Source: the human T2T-CHM13v2.0 reference genome, Homo sapiens
Length of the DNA: 64,000 bases
Reading direction: 5' to 3' (one strand)
NCBI RefSeq assembly: GCF_009914755.1
Contig: NC_060948.1
Shown here: positions 43,701 to 53,852 of the stretch, in pieces
Numbering within the stretch: position 1 is the stretch's first letter
Layout: each line of letters begins with the position of its first letter
Position numbers and translations under genes: made by a program
The notes under the pieces: model-generated
The model's database searches: none
What the model saw: the letters and a program-made list of their open reading frames with translations, nothing else
What the model was told of the DNA's origin: nothing

Positions 43701-46700
43701 TTTTTATTTGTTATTTTTAACTTTATTATGGGTATATAATAGTTGTATATTTTTATGAGGTATGTGTAATGTTTTGATACAGACATATAATGTATAATGA
43801 TCAAGTCAGGGTAATTAGAGAACACATCATCTCAAGCCTTTATCATTTTTTTGTTTTAGGAACATTCCAATTCCACTCTTTTAGTTATTTAAAAATAAAC
43901 AACAAAATACTGTTAACTAGAGTCACCCTATTGTGCCACCAAATACTAGATCTTATGCATGCTATCTAACTCTATGTTTGTACACATTAACTATCTTCAC
44001 TTTATCCTTCTGTCTCCTCTATGCTTTCCAGCCTTTGGCAATCATCATTTCACTCTCAACCTCCACTGAGTTCAAATTTTTTTTTAGCTGCCATATATGA
44101 TTGAAAACATGTAACATTTGTCTTTCTGTGTCTGACTTATTTCACTTAACATAATATCCTTCAGCTCCATACATGTTGTTGCAAATGACAGAATTTCATT
44201 TTCTTTATGGCTGAATGATAACCCATTCTGAATATGCAGCACATTTTCTTTATCCATTCATCCATTGGACACTTAGATTGCTTTCATTTCTTGGCTATTG
44301 TGAATAGTGCTGCAAAATAAACACGGGAGTGCAGATATCTCTTTGATATACTGATTTTCTTTCATTTGGATTTAAACCCAACAGTGGAATTGCTGGATCA
44401 TATGGTGGGTCTAATTTTAGTTTTTTGAGGATCCTCTATACTGTTCTCCATAGTGGTTGTACTAATTTACATTTTCATCAAAAGCGTATGAGCGTTCCCT
44501 TTTATCCCTACCCTTGCCAGAATTTGTGATTGCCTCTCTTTTGGATAAAAGCCATTTTAACTGGGGCGAGATGATTTCTCATTGTAGTTTTGATTGGCAT
44601 CTCTCGAAAAACTGGGTATAGAATGAACATATATCAACACAATAAAAGTCACATTTGTTAAGCCCACAGCTAGTATCATACCAAACAAGGAAAGTCTGTA
44701 ACTCTTTCCTCTAAGATCAAGAACAATAAAAGCATGTGCACTTTTACCACTTTTATTCAACATAGTTCTCTACTTAGATAAGAGAAGGAAATAAAGGGCA
44801 TTCAAATTGAAAAAGAAGAAGTCAAATTATTCTTGTTTGTAGACAACGTAATCTTATATTTAAAAAAACCTTAAAGTCCTCACCAAAAAACTATTGGAAC
44901 TGATAAACAAATTGGAATTAGTAAAGTTGCAGGATACAAATCCAACATACATAGAAAAACATTAGTAGCATTTCTATATGCCAACAGCAAATAAGTTGCA
45001 AAAGAAACCAAAAAAGAAACACCATTTACAATAGCTAAAAATAAAACAAAGTATCCAGGAGTAAATAACCAAAAACTTGAAAGATTTCTACAATGGGCCA
45101 CCATCGTCGGCAAAGCCTGAGTCCTGTCCTATCTCTCTCCTCCCCGGACAGCATGAGCTTCACCACTCGGTCTACCTTCTCCACCAACTACCAGTCACTG
45201 GGCTCTGTCCAGGCGCCCAGCTACGGCGCCCGGCCGGTCAGCAGCGCGGCCAGCGTCTATGCAGGCGCCGGGGGCTCTGGTTCCCGGATCTCCGTGTCCG
45301 CTCCACCAGCTTCCGGGGCGGCATGGGGCCTGGGGGCCTGGCCGCGGGGATGGCTGGGGGTCTGGCAGGAATGGGAGGCATCCAGAACAAGAAGACCATG
45401 CAAAGCCTGAACGACTGCCTGGCCTCTTACCTGGACAGAGAGAGGAGCCTGGAGACTGAGAACCGTAGGCTGGAGAGCAAAATCCGGGAGCACTTGGAGA
45501 AGAAGGGACCCCAGGTCAAAGACTGGAGCCATTACTTCAAGACCATCGAGGACCTGAGGGCTCAGATCTTCGCAAATACTGTGGACAATGCCTGCATCGT
45601 TCTACATATTGACAATGCCCGTCTTGCTGCTGATGACTTTAGAGTCAAGTATGAGACACAGCTGGCGATGCGCCAGTCTGTGGAGAACGACATCCATGGG
45701 CTCCGCAAGGTCATTGATGACACCAATGTCACTTGACTGCAGCTAGAGACAGAGATTGAAGCTCTCAGGGAGGAGCTGCTCTTCATGAAGAACCACGAAG
45801 AGGAAGTAAAAGGCCTACAAGCCCAGATTGCCAGCTTTAGGTTGACCGTGGAGGTAGATGCCCCCAAATCTCAGGACCTTGCCAAGATCATGGCAGACAT
45901 CCGGGCCCAATATGACAAGCTGGCTGGGAAGAACCGAGAGGAGCTAGACAAATACTGGCCTCAGCAGATTGAGGAGAACACCACAGTGGTCACCACACAG
46001 TCCGCCGAGGTTGGAGCTGCTGAGATGACGCTCACAGAGCTGAGACGTACAGTCCAGTCCTTGGAGATCGACCTGGACTCCATGAGAAATCTGAAGGCCA
46101 GCTTGGAGAACAACCCGAGGGAGGTGGAGGCCCGCTACTCCCTTCAGATGGTGCAGCTCATCGGGATCCTGCTGCACCTGGAGTCAGAGCTGGCACAGAC
46201 CCGGGCAGAGAGACAGCGCCAGGCCCAGGAGTAATGAGGCCGTGCTGAACATCAAGGTCAAGCTGGAGGCTGAGATCACCACCTACCGCCGCCTGCTGGA
46301 AGATGGCGAGGACTTCATTCTTGGTGATGCCTTGGACAGCAGCAACTCCATGCAAACCATCCAAAAGACCACCACCCGCCGGAGAGTGGATGGCAAAGTG
46401 GTGTCTGAGACCAACGACACCAAAGTTCTGAGGCATTAAGCCAGCAGAAGCAGGGTACCCTTTGGGGAGCAGGAGGCCAATAAAAAGTACAGAGTTAAAA
46501 AAAAAAGATTTAAACAATGAAAACTATAAAACATTGATGAAAGAAATTGAGGCAGATACAAAAAAATTGAAAGACATTTCATATTCATAGATTGGAAAAA
46601 TCTATATTGTTACAAAGTCCATACTACCCAAAGCCATCTACAATTCCTATCAAAACACCAATGACATTCTTCAGAGAAATAGAAAAAATAATCCTAAAAT

Positions 46701-47419
46701 TTATATGGAACCACAAAAGACCCAGAATAACCAAAGCTATGCTAAGCAAAAATAACTACACTGGGGGAATCATAGTACCTGACTTCAAATTATACTACAG
46801 AGCCATAGTAACCAAAACAGCATGGTACTGGCATAAAAATAGACACATATACCAGGGGAACAGAATAGAGAACCCACAAACAAATTCACATACCTACAGT
46901 GAACTCATTTTTGACAAAGGTGCCAGGAATATAAACTGAGGAAAAGAGAGTCTCTTCATTAAATGGTTCTGGGAAAACTGGATATCCATATGTAGAAGAA
47001 TTAAACTTGACCCGTATCTCTTGCTATATACAAAAATCAAATCCAAGTGGATTAAACACTTAAATCTAAGACCTTAAACTATGAAACTACTACAAGAAAA
47101 CACTGGAGAAACTATCCAGGACATTGGTCTTGGCAAAGACTTATTGACCAATGCCCCAGAGGCACAAGCAATCAAACCAAAAAATGGACAAATGGGATCA
47201 CAGCAAGTTAAAAAGTTTCTGCACAGCAAAGGAAACAATCAACAAAGTGATGAGACAACCCACAGAAGGGGGGGAAATATTTGTAAACTACTCATCTGGC
47301 AAGGAATTAATAACCAGAATATATGAGGAGCTCAAACAACTCAATAGGAAAAAAAGTGATTAATAAATAGACAAGAGATTGTAATAGACATTTCTCAAAA
47401 TAATATATACAAATGGCCT
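43701..47419 (-). mobile_element. 5'-inverted (twin-primed) L1MA: 3' arm 43701-44604 on minus, inverted ORF2 arm 44605-47419 on plus; hosts KRT18P
   Basis: Strand switch at about 44601-44605; TSD actttcaagtgctta (43686-43700)/accttcaagtgttta (47420-47434). Confidence 0.88.
45096..46506 (+). pseudogene. KRT18P: KRT18 processed pseudogene (probably KRT18P11 if X, KRT18P10 if Y)
   Basis: Intronless copy with 5'UTR, ATG 45153 ([13 protein letters not shown]...) to TAA 46437-46439 (...ETNDTKVLRH), AATAAA 46479-46484, A-tail 46497-46506, TSD aaagatttctacaatg (45080-45095)/aaagatttaaacaatg (46504-46519). Lesions: 1-bp deletion near 45298, CGA>TGA at 45734, 1-bp insertion creating TAA at 46232, two in-frame codon losses. 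Confidence 0.97.
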
Positions 47420-49727
47420 ACCTTCAAGTGTTTAAGTAAAAGTTGTTTCCTGATATCATGTCCATTTACTTATGCAATATAGAGACTTTAATTACCTACT
47501 GTTTTCTTTATAGTACAGCAGATTTTTAAATTAGTTTGTAATGGAGCAAACAGGTTGGTGAAAATGTAAAGAAAAAGTTTTGAAATTTTTTATTCTAAAA
47601 AACTTCAATTATATTCTCTCTCTAGATATGATTGAGTTTTATCCCTGTTTTATTTCTATGCGCACAACTCAAAAAGGTTTGTTGACAAAACAGTCAAAGC
47701 TTCGAAATTGGGTAAATTGCTTAGAAGAAACTTATTTTCAATTTCACAAGGAAGAAATTTTAAAACTTAAGTCTTTTAGCAATGTACAGATTGTACATTA
47801 TTATCTTGGAGGCATGTATTTTGTCTGCATTAAAATCATGCAAAGGAACACGCTTTACAAATCAATTTCACTGTGGACCTAAAGACCAGATACACCACCA
47901 AGTCCCATTTAAAAATGGCCTTAATTTAGAATTCACCCTCTCAAGAACAGATTGAGTATTAAAACATATGAAATGTTTGAGAGCTAAAATTGTTTCAAAT
48001 ATTTTGGATAGCTTAAAGGCATATTTTAGAAATACTGATTTCTTAGTATTTTCTTTGCCAAACTGAAGAAAATAATGGATCCAGCCCTCAAAATTTTGCT
48101 TTGGGAATTTCTCATCATCATTAAAATTTGTATATTATCATAACTGCTTCATGTACCTCCCAAAGCAGTGTAACCAGTGCCTTAGTAGGAACTTTCAATG
48201 GACCATGAAACAATTTTTATTCCCACATTTATTTTTGAGAAAAGTTGAGTCCTCCATAATTCATATTTCTTGAGTTCTTTCTGGGAGTCAGCAAAATCTT
48301 TAAAAAGATTCTTTAAAAAAAGAATTTGTTATCTTAAATATCCAAACTAACTGAGAAGGATTTTAAATTGACATTTGTGTTGTTAGGATAGTTTGACAAT
48401 GTAATTAGTGAAGTCAGATGGCCTGCAGAAAACCAAATGAAAATATAATGTGATCATATATAAATTTTTCTGTAAGATGTCCAGTTCTGTATATCTCAGA
48501 ATTATTCTTTTAATTGTAGCTACCAAAAGGAGTTATTATGATTGGCTAGATTCGCTTTATATAGCCATGAACAATTTAAAATATTAAGGCTAGATTTTGA
48601 GGTGGAAATTTTTGCCTTATATTTTTAGCAAAAAGGAACAATTATATTCTATTTCTCTTAAGGACTAAGTTAATTTGCTAATTAGTATTTTTCAATAGGC
48701 ATTATCATTTTGTTGGATCTGCCAAAGCAAGATTTTATTTCTTAAAATATGATTTTCTCTTATTCTGCCCTTGTCAGTTGATGTGTACATGAGGGGGTAA
48801 ATTGCATTTAGTATTCATCTAAATTGGAATTTTCCAAATGTATAATCTAAAAGCACTGATCTGTTGATACTCCCTGCAATAAAAGTTTTCCTTGAGCAAA
48901 TAGTTTTGGATATATGTATTGTTTTCATATCTTGGAAATGATCTGTAAATGGTGGCATTTAATAGTATGTGAGTTCCTTGGTAATGAAAACATGAATTCT
49001 AATTCTACTTATGTCTCTAACTTGTTGTGTTAGTCTCAGATCTAAGTCATTTTATTTCTCTTGATGTCATTCTTCATGTGTATATTGAGGATGCTGAATC
49101 GGATGACTGTCTAAGGGCTCTGGTTCTTGACTTCTCTAATCGTTTTATTCTAGATAAAATTTAAGTTGTAACTCTATGCTCTTTGAAGCGCATAAACACT
49201 GTCAACATAAAAAAATGAGACTTGAAGGTGGTATCCATTACAGCCTTTGCAAAGATTTCCCTTGAATAAAAGGGCAGAAAATAGAGCCAATAGCTTGTGG
49301 ACTAGGAAGATTTTGTGAAGAATAGGAAAAATGAGTTAATTTCAGAAATGGAAAAAAAAGTACAACTCTAGGCTATGAAAGAAAATAAGCCATCTGGTAT
49401 TATGGCACTGCATGAGTTCAGTCAACCAAAATTCTGTTAATGTAGAAAATGGTAATTGCATATTTTGTGAAAATGTTTCGATTCCTAAGGTTTTAGTTAC
49501 CTCTATAATAAAGGCAACATTATGACTTTTGCTGTTGTCAATTTTCAAATTAATATTTCTTTGATCCAGTAGTAACCTAATTTTTATTGAAACTCAAGGC
49601 ACAGAGGAATATGGATAGAAACTTTAATATAAAGGGATACATAATTAATTTTATATTTGCAATACTTATTTCACTGCAAATAAGATGCTCATTATGTTAA
49701 TCACATTGCAGCTTCTCTGTTTGTAGC

Positions 49728-50101
49728 TTATATGGTTTGGCTGTGTCCCCACCCAAATCTGATCTTGAATTATAGTCCCCATAATCCCCACATGTCACAG
49801 GAGGGACCTGGTAGGAGGTAATTGAATCATGGGGACAGTTACCCCCATACTGTTCTTATGATAACGAGTGCGTTCTCAAGAGATCTGATGGTTTTATAAG
49901 GGGCTTTTCCCCCTTTGCTTGACACTTCTCCTTCCTCCTGCCATGTGAAGAAGTGTGTGTTTGCTTTTCCTTCCACCATGATGGTAAGTTTCATGGGGCC
50001 TTTCCAGCTCTGTGGAACAGTGAGTCAACTAAACCTCTTTCCTTTATAAATTACCCAGTCTTGGGCAGTTCTTTATAGCAGCATGAGAACAAACTAATAC
50101 A
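49728..50101 (+). mobile_element. THE1D-like solo LTR
   Basis: LTR termini; perfect TSD gtagc (49723-49727/50102-50106). Confidence 0.93.
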
Positions 50102-50464
50102 GTAGCCTTAACCTTACACACAATTTGAATAGAAAATTTGATTCGAGCTTCATTATTTTTGTAGTTCAGACTCTATGCAATCTACACAAGTACAACACTG
50201 CTACAGTATATTAGTTTTGCACTCAATAGGAGATTCACTGGGGTGATTTGAATTATACATCAAGAAGAATTGAATCTTTTTGGCATATTTTGTAGAATTT
50301 TTTAAAATTAGCATTATTCAAAGAGGTATTGGTTTATTAATTTGACACCACAGTCTTCCGTACACTGATTTCATTTTTTTTCATGCTGATTCTGCCATAT
50401 CCTGTGACCTTCAGTATAAACTACTGTGTGGCTTTGCATAAGAAAATGAGAAACTTGTTCTCAA

Positions 50465-50650
50465 AAGTTAGCCTGTATCACGGTTGCATATGCTAGTCCA
50501 TGCTATAGGTGGCATAGGCCTGTAGTCCTAGCTGAGATGGGATAACTGCTAGAGCCCAGGAATTTGGGGTTGTACTGAGCTATGATCTTTCCACTGCACT
50601 CCTGCCTGGGCTACAGAGTGAGAACATGTCTCTTAAAGAAACAAAAAAAG
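50465..50650 (+). mobile_element. Old Alu right arm (FRAM/AluJ-like)
   Basis: cctgtagtcctagct...ccactgcactcctgcctgggctacagagtgaga plus A tail. Confidence 0.8.
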
Positions 50651-53600
50651 CCCATAAGAATAGGATAAACATCAGTTTTCAGATGAATTGAATCTTGACT
50701 GATCAGATTTTATTTGTATTAGGAACTATAATAAACATTGTAATTCACTGAATTAAGGAGGAGATATATGCATATGCATAGTGATACTTACATGCAATAT
50801 TATATTTCAATTGACTCTAGTAGTAAAGATATCTGATTATTTCTAAACAAATGTCTTTGAAAATGTTTTCACTTCTTATTTATTCCAAGAAATAACACTT
50901 TTATTTCAAAATGGCTTCATTAATGCAGCTTTATTACATGACTTTAAAATTTATGCATAATAAAACTGCAACTGTTACTTCTTTATTGAAGTAAATGGCA
51001 ATTATAGATTGATGCATGGTACTTGATCAACAAAGGTTACGCCAACACTGTGAATTTTATGGTGAGTTCTATTGACCTATAAGCTCTTCAACCATCATCT
51101 AGTTATTTGGAATTCTCATTTACTTTTAGCCAGATATTTCTAGCTCATATTTAGTACTTAAAATTTGTTTTAGGAATATAAAGGAGATATTAAAATATGT
51201 GTGTATGTGATAATGTAGCATGTTTTGGTATTGTTCTCATGATAAATTTTAGTAATATTTATGAAACTCAAAGAGGAGATTTTTTTTCTTTAAAATGTAT
51301 GTTTTCTTAATTTTGTGGTAAAAGAAGCCTAGTTATTTCTATTGTTTTAGTTTACTAATTAAAATATTTGCTAGTCATTAATTCAGAAAATAATGTTAAA
51401 AAACTCAATTATACTCAAAGTAAGAATTTATGCAAACATAATTTTTTATTATTATTGAATTTGTGTAAGTAAAAATAATGACACCTAAACTATCGTTTTT
51501 AAATTTATTAACAAATAAATTTAATCACAGAATATTTAATAGCCTAAAAACAATCTTCTTGTTAAAAACACACTTAACTTGTGAGATATGTTCATCTTCC
51601 ATATTAGACAACTTATGTTTTAAGTTACACATTAGTCATATTATATACCTAGTCATTCATAATATAAAATTTGGTTGGATTATTTATTTTAAAAATTAGT
51701 TTCAGTCATAATGATTCACATAGTCTATAGTATTTCAGATGACAAGGACTATGCTGATCTGTTTACCACAAATATCTTGGGCAGTGTTGATGCTTTAAAA
51801 ATGTCAATGATAAACCTTTAAACCTTAATTAAAAATTACTCTGAGATTTAGAGATACATTTCAAGATGGGCCTTTAGCTTACACAAAAAAGTCCTAATAA
51901 TTATAATGAATGCATTTCTTAGTGGTTGTTAGTATATAAGATATATATAGATATATATATATACTCCCTTACAGTGGGAAAATGGTTCCTTTTCTGTACC
52001 ATTTCTCATGTGATGAATTCGAGAAATTCTTCACATTCAGTCTTAAAAGTTTTAAGCCGAATATGCTTATTGTTCTGAATTTTAAGGAAAATTAATCAAT
52101 ATTTGACTTTGGTGGTTTATAAACCAATTTTCACTTTTCAATTTGGGAACTAAAAGTCTTGAATAAGTTGTTAAAATGTGTTTGTTTTCTTTTTTATTGT
52201 TGTCACGTCCCATGTTTTGCTTCTTTTATTTGTACTTCCATACTATTAGAAATAAGTCCAGACCCATTACATTACTTATTTTTTTGACCTTTTTAGTTAC
52301 CAAATTAGAAAGGATTTTTATCACTAAGCTCTAGACAACACTGAAATTGCAGTCTTTAAAAATGAAAAGCACGTACGTTATTACTTTTCTGTTTAAAGCA
52401 GTCTTTCTCTTTTTAGAGTTTTGTATATTTGAAAACTCTACACTTAAATATTACGAGTTGATTATGAATTCTAATTAATACAAAATTAGAGTGATTCTGT
52501 GTGTGTGTGTTTGTGTGTTTCTTATCATTGAAATAGAATCCTCATTTAAAGTGTGGGGAATTGCAAAATTCTATGTAGAAGATCAATCCTCCCCAAAGTG
52601 TTTTATGAAAGCACTATTTAAAAAAAATTTTATACTTCAGCTTGTATTACCATTAAATTACATTGCATACAGATGAAACATCTTGCAATGAGAAATAAAT
52701 GTGCTGTTTGTCAGTGACACTTAAAAATGTTGTACAATGCTCTTTTATTGATCCTTATTAGTGCATAGAAACATTACTTTCACCTCTATTTTTCTATTCT
52801 GCTTTATTCCATCTAAGAATTTCATGTCTTCAGTTTTATAATATTCTAATTTTATTCAAAATAGATTTTTAACAAATTCAAAATGTTTATCTTTAAGCTT
52901 TTATCCATAATGGATATTATTAAATAATTCCTAAAATGCAGATGTGATCAGGAAATTATTTATTAATATTGGCTTTAAAATTTTGTGATGAATAAACTTG
53001 AGAGTCATCTGTCCAGATCAATACATATTTGGGTGTTTATAAACATACAATTATTTTGTTTAAAAATAGACTTTGCTACTTGTTCCAGGTCAAGCATGAT
53101 TTCACAGTGTTTTGAAGAAAGTCAATAATGCAAGGCTTGAATTTATCTAGAAAATAATGACAATAATCTCTAATCCCTTATGTCCTAATTGTGAGAAATA
53201 ATATAAAATTTTAGGTGAAGACAATGGTATTATAGAAAAAGTTTCTTAAGCCATGATAAGAATAATTCTACTGGGCCATTCTCATGCTAGTGCCTGCTGA
53301 TTTTGGGTTTTTCCTATTACTATTTTATATGTCAGAAGTTTGGGGACAGAGCAACCTGTTAAGTCAAAAACAATGTCTTTCCTTGCTCTACACTTATAGT
53401 AGGAGGTTGCGTGAAAGAAACTGGTATGTCAGTAGAGGACTGTGCTTAGCCATCACAGGCGACGAAGCTAGAAAATCTACTGAGTTACTGCAAAATGTTA
53501 CGTTTAATAACACATCTCCTTTGTGGAAAGCACCAATCATTACTTCCCAGGAAGCCAACATATTGCATAGGCTTGGTCCAATTCTATAAAAATGTATTAC

Positions 53601-53782
53601 AAAATACAAATGTGAAGGAGCAGCAGTCCTACTATGTCTCAATTATCACATTCTTTGTAAAGTGAAGTAGAAAATATATTGCAATACCTTACAAATTATA
53701 TTTATTTAGGTATGCTAATATAATGTTGTAGAAATAAGAGAAAATATTTATTGTGTTTAACTTTATTAAAATTTCTTTTTAG

Positions 53783-53806
53783 CTTTCATACCTGGACTAA
53801 AGAAAG
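53783..53806 (+). CDS. PCDH11X/PCDH11Y: 24-nt phase-1 microexon of protocadherin-11 (X or Y copy), cytoplasmic domain, encoding (T)FIPGLKK
   Basis: atttctttttAG|CTTTCATACCTGGACTAAAGAAAG|GTacag translates (A)CT TTC ATA CCT GGA CTA AAG AAA G. This matches the PCDH11 segment ...GNSDPES-TFIPGLKK... that I recall upstream of the CM1 motif. AG/GT boundaries, length divisible by 3; the nearby KRT18 pseudogene fits the locus. Confidence 0.88.
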
Positions 53807-53828
53807 GTACAGTAGAAATCAACACAAA

Positions 53829-53852
53829 CCATCACCATGTTGCATGTTTCAT
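53829..53852 (+). promoter_or_regulatory. Downstream intronic splicing-regulatory cluster: RBFOX site TGCATG (53841-53846) and YCAY (NOVA-type) motifs
   Basis: ccatcaccatgttgcatgtttcat, 23-46 nt downstream of the weak donor AAG|GTACAG. Function inferred from motif and position only. Confidence 0.5.

Noticed and set aside
45077-46439. ORFs of 219, 149, 105 and 65 aa with keratin similarity
   Set aside because: Fragments of the disrupted KRT18 retrocopy (frameshifts and nonsense codons), not a functional gene.
53284-53642. Overlapping 101-aa (+, hydrophobic N-terminus) and 82-aa (-) ORFs
   Set aside because: No recognisable homology or promoter context; lengths are compatible with chance. Only the embedded splice signals were kept as a finding.
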